From assembly GCA_964016885.1 (NCBI GenBank), contig OZ024746.1, forward strand, positions 1 to 64,000: DNA of 64,000 bases. Direction: 5' to 3'. Made by a program: the position numbers and the translations under genes. This document shows, piece after piece, positions 31,113 through 46,627 of the stretch. Within the stretch, counting starts at the first letter, position 1. Every line of letters begins with the position of its first letter. The notes beneath the pieces are model-generated. The model was not told the origin of the DNA, did no database searches, and saw only the letters and a program-made list of their open reading frames with translations. The stretch comes from Eledone cirrhosa. Its lineage: Eukaryota.

Positions 31113-31770
31113 GTATATACATATATACATATATATATATACATATATATATATACATATATACATATATATATATACATATATACATATATATATATAC
31201 ATATATACATATATATATATACATATATACATATATATATATACATATATACATATATATATATACATATATATATATACATATATACATATATATATAT
31301 ACATATATACATATATATATATACATATATACATATATATATATATACATATATACATATATATATACATACATATATATATATACATATATATATATAC
31401 ATACATATATATATATATATACATACATATATATATATATATATACATACATATATATATATATATACATACATATATATATATACATACATATATATAT
31501 ATACATACATATATATATATACATACATATATATATATATATATATACATACATATATATATATACATACATATATATATATACATACATATATATATAC
31601 ATACATATATATATATACATACATATATATATACATATATATATATATATACATATATATACATATACATATATATATACATATATATATACATATATAT
31701 ATACATATATATATATACATATATATATACATATATATATATACATATATATATACATATATATATATAC

Positions 31771-31859
<89 letters not shown>

Positions 31860-33013
31860 CATATACATATACATATATATATATATATACATATACATAT
31901 ACATATACATATATATATACATATACATATATATATACATATATATATACATATACATACATATATACATATACATATATATACATATGTATATATATAC
32001 ATATATATATACATATGTATACATATATATATATATATGTATATATATACATATATATATACATGTATATATATACATATATACATGTATATATATACTA
32101 TATATATACATATATATATACATGTATATATACATATATATATATATACATATACATATATATACATATACATATATATACATACACATATATATACATA
32201 TACATATATATATATACATATATATACATATATATATATACACATATATATATACACATATATATATACATATATATATATACATATATATATATACATA
32301 TATATACATATATATATATACATATATATATATACATATATATATATACATATATATATATACATATATATATATACATATATACATATATATATATACA
32401 TATATATATATACATATATATATATACATATATATATATACATATATATATATACATATACATATATACATATATACATATATATATACATATATATATA
32501 TACATATATATATATACATATATATATATACATATATATATATACATATATATATATACATATATATATATACATATATATATATACATATATATATATA
32601 CATATATATATATACATATATATATATACATATATATATATACATATATATATATACATATATATATACATATATACATATATATATATATATACATATA
32701 TATATACATATATATATATACATATACATATACATATATACATATACATATATATATATACATATACATATACATATATATATATATATACATATATATA
32801 CATATATATACATATACATATATATACATATATATACATATATATACATATATATATATACATATATATACATATATATACATACATATATATACATATA
32901 CATATATATACATATATATACATACATATATATACATATATATATATATATACATATATATACATATATATACATACATATATATACATATATATACATA
33001 TATATACATATAC

Positions 33014-33078
<65 letters not shown>

Positions 33079-33121
33079 CATATATATACATACATATATA
33101 TATACATATTGTGTGTATATA
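31113..33121. repeat. (TA)nCA compound microsatellite, 2 kb
   Basis: Directly visible. Confidence 0.97.
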
Positions 33122-33836
33122 TAGTAGTTAGTGACCTCATAGCCAGGAATAGACGTACTCGATGACAGAGGAGGCCTACCTTGAGGAGAAGAATATGGAA
33201 GTTGAAGGACCCGACAGCCAGTGACAAATTTAAAAGCTTATTACTTGATGCCTTTGACAATAAGGAAGAGCAATTAGAGACGTGCAATATAGAGGAACAG
33301 TGGCAATTCTTGAAAGAGAACCTGCTGAAAGCAGCAGATGAAATCTGTGGCTGGAGCAAACCTATTGGCAGCAGGAGAGTAACTTGGTGGTGGAACAGTA
33401 AGGTGGAGGAGACCATCAAGGCCAAAAAGCAGGCTTGCAAAGTATGGCAGGATGGGGGAGGTAGAGAGCACTATTAAGTGGCCAGGAGAGAAGCTAGGAG
33501 ACAAGTATACCTTGCAAAAACGGAAGCAGAGGATAGAAAGTTCAAGCATGTTCTACAACGTGAGGACCAAAAATGCGATGTGTTCAGGATTGCTAGACAA
33601 TGTGTCAAGGAAAACCGTGATATTGTCGGAGAGAAGTGTGTCCATAATGATAATGGTGTACTTGCTCTCACTGATACTGATAAGAAGATAGCCTGGAAGT
33701 ATCACTACGAGAGACTACTAAATGAGGAGAATAAATGGGAAAAAGATAGTCTGCCCCAAATCGATCCAATAGAAGGACCAGCGGTGCAAGTTAAAGGTAG
33801 TATAATAAGTAAGGCAAGGCAGCTGGGCCTTCGGAA
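33122..33836 (+). mobile_element. RTE LINE (family A-related) internal fragment
   Basis: RRIWKLKDP...[10 protein letters not shown]...HYERLLNEEN, homologous to about 16435-17165. Confidence 0.9.
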
Positions 33837-33923
33837 ATCTGTCTCTAAGTCCACTATCCAAAGAAATCTTCAACCGTTAAGGTATGTTCCTTGGATATAT
33901 CAAAATTTATAAAACACACTTTG

Positions 33924-33985
33924 TATTTCATCTGATGAAAGTGTACCAAAGGTTTTGGTACCCTTGAAATATATATAATAGAATA
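33924..33985 (+). ncRNA. Minimal type I hammerhead ribozyme with intact core, in a ~240-bp LTR-like repeat (about 33870-34110)
   Basis: UAUUUCAU CUGAUGA AAG-u-GUACCAAA-ggu-UUUGGUAC-c-CUU GAAA uauaua UA^ AUAGAAUA. Confidence 0.75.
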
Positions 33986-34156
33986 AATATTGTTTTATAA
34001 ATATAGTTTCCATTTATTTAATATCACTGAATATTATACTCCAGAAAACCTGTCAAGTGCTCTAAATAAGTTATAAACATTTATATTTGTTGAATTACCA
34101 ACAAATTGAATATCCTTCTGCTTATATATACATATATATATACACATATATATATA

Positions 34157-34723
34157 CTGGGGTTGGACAAAATAATGGAAACACCTAGCATCATAGCATC
34201 ATAATTTTGAAATATCTATAAAACCGTCAAAAGCTTGTTTATTTTTATTGTTTTCGAGGTGGTCATTCAGCTCTGCAGTAATTTTGGGAGCTGTACTTTT
34301 GTGATCCTTTCTAACAATTTGCGTAAGAGTCCGACGGTCCCTATCTGAAAGTTTTGGTTTTCTTCTGGAGTTTTTTTTCGATGGGGAGGTTTTTCCCTCT
34401 TTCTCAAAGGCTGTCATTACTTTTGAGACAGTACTTCTTGATACACCAAACATTTCGGCTGTTTTCGTTACGCTAGCGCCTGCCATGCGAGCGCCAACAA
34501 TTTGACCTCTTTGAAAGTCCGATAGATCTGTCATTTTAATGAATTTTAATTACCTTTTTCTGATGATATCTGAAAAGAAACAGCAATTTTAACAAAACAT
34601 ATTAAGCAACACTAATAATAAATCAAAAAACATAAAAACAAACAAGCTTTTGACGGTTTTATAGATATTTCAAAATTATGATGTTATGATGCTAGGTGTT
34701 TCCATTATTTTGTCCAACCCCTG
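34157..34723 (-). mobile_element. Internally deleted Tc1-family DNA transposon
   Basis: ~90-bp terminal inverted repeats (CAGGGGTTGGACAAAATAATGGAAACACC...) flanked by TA. ORF 34199-34534 encodes only the paired-like HTH (LSDFQRGQIVG..VTKTAEMFGVSRSTVSK..RKPKLSDRDRR); there is no DDE domain. Confidence 0.93.
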
Positions 34724-34788
34724 TATATATATACACACATATATATACACATATATATATATATACACACATATATATATATATACAC

Positions 34789-34819
<31 letters not shown>

Positions 34820-34984
34820 TATATACACACATATATAGATGCGAGAAAAACCACAGACCCTCCATCTCAACTCTACTTTTGAAAAGCAGAAGAAATGCAA
34901 AACCGGTAAAGGAACCAAATAAATATATATAATTTTTTAAAAATAAGAATCTAGTTGCATTTTCAATTTAATCTTTTTTTCTTT

Positions 34985-35828
34985 ACACATATATATATAT
35001 ATATACACATATATATATACACACACACACATCTATATATATACACACACACATATATATATATACACACATATATATATACACACACATATATATATAT
35101 ATACACACATATATATATATATACACACATATATATACACACACACATATATATACACACACACATATATATACACACACACATATATATATATATATAT
35201 ACACATATATATATACACACACATATATATATATATACACATATATATATACACACACATATATATATACACACACATATATATATATATACACATATAT
35301 ATATACACACACATATATATATATATACACACACATATATATATATATACACATATATATATATATACACACACACACATATATATATATACACACACAT
35401 ACATATATATATATATATACACACACATACATATATATATATATACACACACATACATATATATATATATGTAGACACATATATACACATATATATATAG
35501 ACACATATATACACATATAGACACATATATACACATATATATATACATACACATATATATATATACATACACATATATATACATATATATATATATATAC
35601 ATACACGTATATATATATACATATATATATATATACATACACGTATATATATATATATATATACATACACATATATATATATACATACACATATATATAT
35701 ATATATATACATACACATATATATATATATATATATATACATACACATATATATATACATATATATATACATACACATATATATATACATATATATATAT
35801 ATACATATATACATATACATATACATAT
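34985..35828. repeat. (TA)n(CA)n compound microsatellite
   Basis: Directly visible. Confidence 0.97.
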
Positions 35829-35896
35829 CAAATCAACTTTTTAAATGGAAGTTTAAGGTATGTCAAATCTATCTATTTATAAGACTGTTTATATTG

Positions 35897-35962
35897 TATT
35901 TTGTCTGAAGAAGGCATACCATATTTTTAATATGATATCCCTGAAATATATATAATGAAATA
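35897..35962 (+). ncRNA. Minimal type I hammerhead ribozyme with intact core, second copy of the LTR-like repeat (about 35850-36090)
   Basis: UAUUUUGU CUGAAGA AGG-c-AUA-c-CAUAUU-uuu-AAUAUG-a-UAU-c-CCU GAAA uauaua UA^ AUGAAAUA. The downstream flank TTTTATAAATATAGTTTCCATTTATTTAATATC is shared with the 33924 copy. Confidence 0.75.
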
Positions 35963-36091
35963 AATATGGTTTTATAAATATAGTTTCCATTTATTTAATA
36001 TCGTAAATATACTCCAAATACTTGTTGAGTGCTTTTATATCAGTTATAAATAAATATTTACTCGTAACCCAACAATTTAAATAAAACTTTG

Positions 36092-38829
<2,738 letters not shown>

Positions 38830-39378
38830 TCATCATCATCATCGTTTAACGTCCATCTTCCACGCTTGCATGGGTTTGGACGGGAGTTTTCCCACTTGAG
38901 GCAAGAGTGGTTGTCTTGCTCGTATAAGACTGTCTGGCGGGTTTTCTACAGCTGGATGCCCTTCCTAACACCAACCACGTTTACAGTGTGGCTTGGGAGG
39001 TTTTTACCATGTTACCTACACGGCCACATTACAGCGTGGACCGTGTGTTTTTTTTGTCGCGACACCTACACGTCTGGCGGGTTTTCTACGGCTGGGTGCC
39101 CTTCCCAATACCAACCACGTTTGGCCTGGGAGGTTTTTACCTACACGGCCACATTACAGCGTAGACTGTGTGTTTTTTTTTTTTGTCGTGACACCTACAC
39201 CACCTCGGACTGGATGTTGTGGTACCAACATAACTTTACATTGAAAGGGGTGGTGTGGATGGGGTGGGGGTAGTGGGACGGGGGGTGTATTTTTGTTAGA
39301 GGTGCCTACTGACTGTAGGTTTCACTTTGTACTTAGGTAAGGTGGGTCTTCTGTATTACTGTGTAGCGCCAAGCGCCA
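38830..39378 (-). mobile_element. RTE family A 3' end / 3' UTR
   Basis: Reverse-complement similarity to 18710-19125. Confidence 0.8.
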
Positions 39379-39579
39379 AAGATATATATATTTATATATA
39401 TATATACACACACATATATATATATATACATACACATATACACACATATATATATACACACACATATATACACACACACATATATATATACACACACATA
39501 TATATATATATATATACACACATATATATATATATACACACACATATATATATATATATACACACACATATATATATAT

Positions 39580-39622
<43 letters not shown>

Positions 39623-39749
39623 TATACATATATACACACATATATATACATACATACACATATATATACATATATATACACATATATACACACACATATA
39701 TTTATAAGAAATGATGAAATGATGATATATATACATATATATATACTTA

Positions 39750-40380
39750 TATCATCATCATCGTTTAACGTCTATCTTCCACGTTATCATGGGTTAAACG
39801 GGAATTGTCCCACTTGAGGGAAGATTGATCGGGTGACTGTCTCGCTCGTATAGGACGACTATCTTGCAGGTTTTCTACGGCTGATGCCCTTCCTAACACC
39901 AACCTCATTTACAGTGTGGACTGGGAGGTTTTTACTGTGTTACCTACACAGCCACATTATAGTGTGGACTGGGTGGTTTTTACCGTTTTACCTACACGGC
40001 CACATTGCAGTGTGGACCGGGTGGTTTTTACTGTGTTACCTACACGGCCACATTACAGTGTGGACTGTGTTTTTTTGTTGTGACACCTACACGACCTCAT
40101 TAGTTTGGACTGGATGTTGTGCTACCAACATAACTTTACAGAGAAAGGGTGGTGTTGGTGGGAGTGGGAGGATGGGGTAGGGGTAGAGGGTTGGGTGTAT
40201 ATTTGGTTAAGAGGTATCTACTGACTTGGTTTCAGTTTGTACATAGGCAAGGCGGGTCTTCTGTATTACTGCATGGTGCGAAAGATCTCGGTCCAGTGAC
40301 ATTGTCTTAGAGAGGTGCAAGTGTGTAAGGTTGGAATTCATCAAATCATCCCAGGTTTTTCTGGGTTTACCTACTCCGTA
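39750..40380 (-). mobile_element. RTE family A 3' end with internally multiplied ~44-nt UTR unit
   Basis: GKPRKTWDDLMNSNLTHLHLSKTMSLDRDL; tandem GTGTGGACTGGG..TTACCTACACGGCCACATTACA units. Confidence 0.85.
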
Positions 40381-40499
40381 ACTTATACATATATCTATAT
40401 ATGTATATATATAGGGATTATATTGAAAAATAAACCTCATTTGATCATTCCTTGAGAGTATCTTGGTCAGCTTATGAACTTTTCAGCCAACCCTTGTAT

Positions 40500-41035
40500 A
40501 TTAAAATATATTTCTTTATTAGCCACAAGGGCGCACAAGAAAAGGGGACAAAACAAAGACATGCCGGGGATTTTACATACAATCGTGTAAAAAAATATAA
40601 AACAAACAATTATAGCAATCGAAATCCCCAATAGGGGAGAGGCGCCACAAATGGGTTGTTTAATACCCCGTCGATAGAACAACCCTCAACTTCAGGAGCG
40701 TGTTGTGCAAGTGCTCCTTTGTTCCTTTTGCTCTCTTCTCCAACCTACAGGTTTATAAACAGAGAAGGCCCAATCATTTGGGCCATTTTCGCTTCATTCA
40801 CCCACCTTTCAGTAAATTTACTGGGGTGCATTACCTCTCTCTCCATTCTGATTCTCCTTCTAAAGTGGTATCTAAAGAAGGGAATGGGTTGTTGTCCGGA
40901 GAACGGCATCTGTCATCAGTCCTCTCAATCTCGTCCACCATATAACCTTTTTCACCATAGCCACTATACAGAGGAAAACTGCCTCTCTTTCGTTTTTGAA
41001 AGAAGTTGGCGATATGATCCGTACTATGTATATTA
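40500..41035 (-). mobile_element. Tx1/L1-like LINE ORF2 C-terminus plus 3' UTR
   Basis: The minus strand reads VFLCIVAMVKKVIWWTRL then, after a frameshift, PFFRYHFRRRIRMERE...KFTERWV. It ends GGCTAATAAAGAAA. Clade assignment is from motif memory only. Confidence 0.6.
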
Positions 41036-41388
41036 AGATAGATTTGGACTCAGATAATCAATAGTGGTCAAAACCTATCTAAATTTATTTATGTTTATAT
41101 AATGGAGAGTTGTAGAACACACCATTTATATGTTTTACAGCTGCCCAACATACACTGGTGTGTTGCACAGCCGCATCTCTTTGGAGATACGAAATATTTA
41201 TACATATTGTATAAAGCTATGCTTGAAGCGAAATCCTATTTCTTTTTTATTATAAGTTGAGCCAACTTATGCAGCTTCATATGCAAATGAGATTAATCAC
41301 CGCATTTACACAGACGAGAAAACTATTTTCTCGCCTGTATTCTAGTCCAGCAGTCGCAATAATCAAAGCTATATTCAAATCATTTTAT

Positions 41389-41435
41389 TGCTGACAATCG
41401 TTTCTTCCAAACTTTCGTTTGGAATCATCGGAGCA
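41389..41435 (-). ncRNA. Minimal type I hammerhead ribozyme motif (U4C variant), on the PITP pre-mRNA strand
   Basis: UGCU CCGAUGA UUCCAAAC-gaaa-GUUUGGAA GAAA C-gauu-G UC^ AGCA, then AAUAAA. Confidence 0.7.
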
Positions 41436-42733
41436 CTAGCAATGTTTGTACATATAATTAACCTCCTATTCAACGGAACAATCATATAGATACATGGATA
41501 TTAATGTTGTCAACAGTTTCATATTTACAGAGTGGAATGGATGCAACATAGATTTCAAGAGAGTTGTACAATAATTAAAATTAAAAAGGCACAGAGTAGA
41601 ATGCAAAGGTATCACATAAAATAACATATGTTTACAAGCATATCAGGCAGGCAAAGCTGTTTGTGTATTAAAATTATGGGTTTATGGTGGATGTAGTGTG
41701 ATGGTTGTTTCTGTAATTTTCAAATGTGTGTGTGTTGAGAGTATCAATGTTATTGCTATCTTTTCCATCACATTGGCTATGTTTTATTTTAGTGAATGAT
41801 TTTAATCAGTCACAGCCATGGATTGTACACCGGTCCTATTATATTGCTATCCCGGGTTCGAGTTGTTGTGGAGTGATTCTTCTAACAGTTTAATTTCCGG
41901 AAGTGAGTTTGATCTATATTAAGGGGAGCTAATACGAAAGAGGAGTTAACTAGCGATTACATTGTAAATGATAGAAGAAATTAGAAAAATTGGAGCTGTA
42001 AACAACTTTACATTTTTCTAATTTCTTCTATCATTTACAATGTAATCGCTAGTTACCTCCCCTTAAAATAGATCAAACTCACTTCCGGTAATTAAACCGT
42101 TAGAAGAATCACTCCACAACAACTCGAACCCGGGATAGCAATATAATAGGACCGGTGTACAATCCATGGCTATGACTGATTAAAAACATTCACTAAAATA
42201 AAACATAGCCAATATGATGGAAAAGATAGCAATAACATTGATACTCTCAACACACACATTTGAACATTACAGAAACAACCGTCACATTACAACCACCATA
42301 AACCCATAATTTTAATACACAAACAGCCTTGCCTGCCTGATATGCTTGTAAACCTATGTTATTTTATGTGATACCTTTGCCATGCAGAAATTATATATGC
42401 CTAGTACCATTGCTTGTTTCCTTCCTGCATATGCCTAAGGCATTTGCACTCTCTATACGCTTGCATATGTACTGCTAGTGTCCGCGTTTTACGAGTAACT
42501 TTCTACCTTAATACCTCTTTAATTGTTATACTATTCCCTTGTAATCTCTGTCGCATGTATTCCACTGTGCCTTTTTAATTTTTAATTTTAATTATTGTAC
42601 AATTCTCTTGAAATCTATGTTGCATCCATTCCACTCTGTAAATACGAAACTGTTGTTGACAACATTAATATCCATGTATCTATATCATTGTTCAGTTGAA
42701 TAGGAGGTTAATTATATGTACAAACATTGCTAG

Positions 42734-42780
42734 TGCTCCGATGATTCCAAACGAAAGTTTGGAAAAAACGATTGTCAGCA
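42734..42780 (+). ncRNA. Mirror copy of the 41389 hammerhead motif with G12A, probably inactive
   Basis: TGCT CCGATGA TTCCAAACGAAAGTTTGGAA AAAA CGATTG TC AGCA. Confidence 0.55.
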
Positions 42781-42816
42781 ATAAAATGATTTGAACATAG
42801 CTTTGATTATTGTGTA

Positions 42817-42851
<35 letters not shown>

Positions 42852-42852
42852 C

Positions 42853-42898
42853 TATCAAAGTTCTTTCGTCACACATCCGTGACATCATCAATGGTACT
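42853..42898 (-). ncRNA. Degenerate hammerhead motif overlapping a second, ~130-bp palindrome (42869-42998)
   Basis: UACCA UUGAUGA u GUCAC-ggaugu-GUGAC GAAA gaac UU^ UGAUA. The other palindrome arm reads TATCACTAATGATGTCAC, so the consensus TATCA CTGATGA restores the core and stem I. Confidence 0.55.
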
Positions 42899-43355
42899 AT
42901 TATGTTTCCTTCTATTGTATTATAAAGTCAATGCCATTTTGGCGTAGACTTTATAATACAATGGGAGGAAACATAATAGTATCACTAATGATGTCACAGA
43001 ATATAGCCCTCACCAAGTATAACAATATTTGTTTAGACACACAATTTCATATCAAAAACCTTCCAAAACAAATTCATCGCCGTTACTAAGTTTATAGTCT
43101 ATTAATTTATTGAAACACAAGTGAAGGAGTTTTCATTTAAAAATTCATTTGGATTACATGAGGTTTGCTATAAAAAAAAAAAAATTGAATAGCCCAGCTG
43201 TACTTTGAATACAAAACAATGAAGGTATACCTGCAGAGATCAGCCAGCAATACCCACTGTATTAGCCATGTTATATGGTCACATCATGGAGACTTAAAAT
43301 TCAAAAATCTTAGCACTACCAAGACAGATTTGCAGGCAAAACTGAAATCTCGAGA

Positions 43356-43585
43356 TTATGATATATACTTGAATATAAGCCGAGGAATATGTGACCCCAC
43401 CCCACCCCACCGCCCAAAAAAATGATGGTAAAATGTGTGTGTGGGGGGGGGAAGCTTATATATATGGCATCTAAACAAAGTGTTGATTAGCTGCCTTGAC
43501 TTATAAACGGGGTTTGAATTTTTGCCCATATCTCAGGCACAAAATAGTGGGGAAAGGGTTGGCTTATTTTCGAGTAGATATGGTA
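43356..43585. mobile_element. Degenerate pogo/Tc2-type MITE
   Basis: Imperfect inverted ends TATATACTTGAATATAAGCCGA and TTGGCTTATTTTCGAGTAGATATGGTA. Confidence 0.45.
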
Positions 43586-43632
43586 ATCCAAAACAAAAAT
43601 ATACAAATAAAAATAATTCTCAATGTTCCTAC

Positions 43633-43820
43633 TTGTTCAAATGGTACACCTTGTGAGTGTATTGGCCTTCCGTATAGTGTTTGTTATTTGCATATAATGG
43701 CTCTGTGGGAACATTTTTTGTTGCATTAAATGGTTCATTAACTAGCACCTCAATACCTTCTCCACCTCCAGTTTCATTTTTACTCGCTTCAGCTACTGAA
43801 TATAATTGAGCTATTTGGTA
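43633..43820 (-). CDS. Class I phosphatidylinositol transfer protein (PITPalpha/beta-like), internal coding exon A (188 nt, phase 0 to 2)
   Basis: Translates [31 protein letters not shown]...[12 protein letters not shown], the hallmark PITP N-terminal region including the T59/K61-equivalent inositol-binding residues. Acceptor tgtgttccAG at 43821-43822, donor GTagg at 43631-43632. Confidence 0.96.
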
Positions 43821-45235
43821 CTGGAACACAAAGAGAAAAGACATGATGAGAAAACAATAATACATCAAACAATAGAATATATTTATTAAAATAAAACAAA
43901 TATATAATCAATATATGCAAATCAACATTAATCAATATTTAACTAAGATAACTAAATATGGAGCTCTGTTGGTTTTAATGACGAGTGTCCCAGTTGTTTC
44001 AACAGCTTACTCGTGAAATTATTGTGTATGTAGCTATTTCACAGACACGTGCATCCTAAATGTAATTCTCAGGGAGATTCTGCATTGCAAAGTATGTGAC
44101 AAAGCTAGCCCTTTCAATAACAGATACAGTTCATTTGATGGAATCCAAATAATTTTTGGAGAGCTTGGATCAGCCTGAAGCTATGGTAAAAAAATTTGGC
44201 CAAGATACCACACAGTGGGTTCGAACCAAGAACCTTATGATTGTGACAAAATATTTACTGGTGAAAGAACTTCACTAAAAATCATGTCTTTATTCTTTCA
44301 TAGTGAAAAAGTTGATAGTTCGCTCCCTAAGTGGGTATCAGTTTAATTTTAATTTACATACTAAATTTGTAATATTTTATAGAATATCTAGGTCAGCCAC
44401 TAATGTTACTAGTGAAGCAGGAATTATGTTTGTTACTGCACCCACATTTGTAGGTTTAGCTGGCCTCCTACAAGGTTGTATTTCATAGAAATGTTCTCAG
44501 GTGTGTTAATGACAGGGTCCCCAGTCGTATCGTGTTACAGATCACACCTATGTAGGTTTAGCTGGCCTCCTATGAAGTTGTACCTCATAGGTTTCTCAGG
44601 TATTTTAATGATAGGAGCCCTGATTCTATCATGTTATAGTGGCTGTTACAACTCACATTTATACAGATTTAGCTGGCCTGTGAGGTTATGTGCCATTAAA
44701 ACACTTGAAAAACCTTTTGTGAGATACAACCGTGTAAGAATCCAGCTAAACCTACATAGTTGTGAGTTATAACATGATAGGTATGGGTAAGGAGAGTGAG
44801 AGTTAGAAAAAAAATGTCATGGATGGACCCTGTGAAAGTGGGAGACCTTGGAAGACATGGAATGAATTGGTGAAAAATGAATTCATGAAGGAGATGACAC
44901 AGGACTGAGCTGACTGGTGATATACTTAATACAAAAGATGTGCAACAAAAAAAGTGTAGGTGGCAATATATGGTTTGAGAGGACTCTTCAGTCTGGTTGA
45001 GCACATGAAAACTTCTCTAGTGTTGGTGCCACAATAGAATACTCTAAGTGAACCTATCAAAGTGTTAGTGTTACAAAAAAAAAAAAGCACCAGCACCTGT
45101 AAGGTGGTTGGCGTTAAGAAGGCATCCAGTTATAGAAACCAAGCCAAATATGGCTTCAGCTCAGGACAACCAGTTCAACCCATGCCAGCTTGGAAAGCAG
45201 ACATTAATCGATGGCTATGATGTATTCATCATCAT

Positions 45236-45545
45236 ATGAAGGCGCATGGCTTAGTGATTAGAGTACTGGGCTTGCAATCATGAGATTGTGAGTTCAGTTC
45301 TCAGATTGGGTGATGCGTTGTATCCTTGAGCAAGACACTTTATTTCACATTGCTCCAGTTTACTCAGCTGTACAAATGAGTTGCAATGTCACTGGCGCCA
45401 AGTTGTATTGGACATTGGTGGTGTGGAAAGGGGAAACAGGTCTTCCACAAACAACCTTGCTCAAACTTGTGCCTCGAAAGGAAACTTTCTAGATGCAAAT
45501 CCCATGGTCATTCATGACCAAAGGGAGTCTTTATTATTATTATTC
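45236..45545 (+). mobile_element. tRNA-derived SINE with the same head and core but a different tail
   Basis: GGCGCATGGCTTAGTG...GAGTTCAGTTC...CCTTGAGCAAGACACTTTATTTCACATTGCTCCAG, ending in (TTA)n. Confidence 0.7.
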
Positions 45546-45844
45546 GTATCTCCAAACTTTTTGGTTCGCATGAGATTTGTACATATTTATATATATATGT
45601 ATGTGATATGTATAGATATATGTATACAGATGTATATATATATATATGTATATATGTGTATGTATATGTGAATGTTAATGTTAATATTTAAATTTGTGCG
45701 TAGAGCCATATTTAGGTTTAAGTTTGTTTTGATTGTCCGGAAGTGTATTCGCTAACGTCTTAAAACGCAGGAAGACATGTTGGTTGAATATGATACATAA
45801 TTTGGAGAATCCGTTGAGATAAGTTCAAGTTTATTATTATTATT

Positions 45845-46560
45845 CGTTGGATGTGTAACAGTAATATACGTGAACGGCAAAGCATAAACGAACTAAAGAA
45901 AAAATTAGAGATAAGAGGGATCAGATGTTGTTTACCCGAGAGAAGGCTACGTTGGTATGGACACGTGATGCGCATGAAAGTCGATAGCTGTATAACAAAG
46001 TGCAGGGCAATAAAGATAGACGGTAGTCACGGAATAGGCAGACCTAGAAAAACCTGGGACGAGCTGATAAACTCCGACATCACACACTTACACCTCTCCA
46101 AGACAATGTCACTGGACCGAGACCTTTGGCGGTACTCAGTAACAGAGAAGACCCGCCTTACCTAAATATATAGTAAAACCTACTCCAACCAGTAGGCATC
46201 TCTAACAAAATACACCCCGTCCCACCCCCACCACCCCCACCCCATCCACACCACCCCGTTCTATGTAAAGTTATGTTGGTGCCGCGCCATAGGCCGAAAC
46301 AAATGAGATCGTGTAGGTGTCACGACAAAAAAACACAGTCCACGCTGTAATGTGGCCGTGTAGGCAACACGGTAAAAACCTCCCAGACCCACACTGTAAA
46401 TGTGGTTGGTGTTAGGAAGGGCATCCAACTGTAGAAAACCTGCCAGACAGTCCTATGCGAGCAAGACAATCACTCTTGCCTCAAGTGGGACTACCCCCGT
46501 CCAAACCCATGCAAGCGTGGAACACGGACGTTAATCGTTGATGATGATGATGATGATGAT
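45845..46560 (+). mobile_element. RTE family A 3' end, nearly identical to 18432-19125
   Basis: MCNSNIRERQSINEL...EKTRLT*, followed by the 3' UTR and (GAT)n. Confidence 0.93.
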
Positions 46561-46627
46561 CGCCAAATTTTTCGGTTCGCATGAGATTTGTACATATTTA
46601 TATATATATGTATGTATAGATGTATGT

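Larger units (their letters stand above)
41357..42812. repeat. 1.45-kb fold-back palindrome (arms 41357-41990 and 42012-42812, 21-nt spacer), probably inverted Penelope pseudo-LTRs
   Basis: The arms are reverse complements with scattered substitutions; the right arm has an extra ~180 nt (about 42381-42558). Each arm carries a hammerhead motif near its outer end. Confidence 0.92.

Noticed and set aside
33838-33870. Apparent RTE-Tc1 fusion protein (…KSVSKSTIQRNL)
   Set aside because: Only about 35 nt of Tc1-like sequence at a junction of broken elements; too short to support.
40465-40497. Mariner-like TIR (TACAAGGGTTGGCTGAAAAGTTCATAAGCTG, minus strand) and a similar decayed end near 8890
   Set aside because: Solo degenerate ends 31 kb apart with no transposase; no evidence they form one element.
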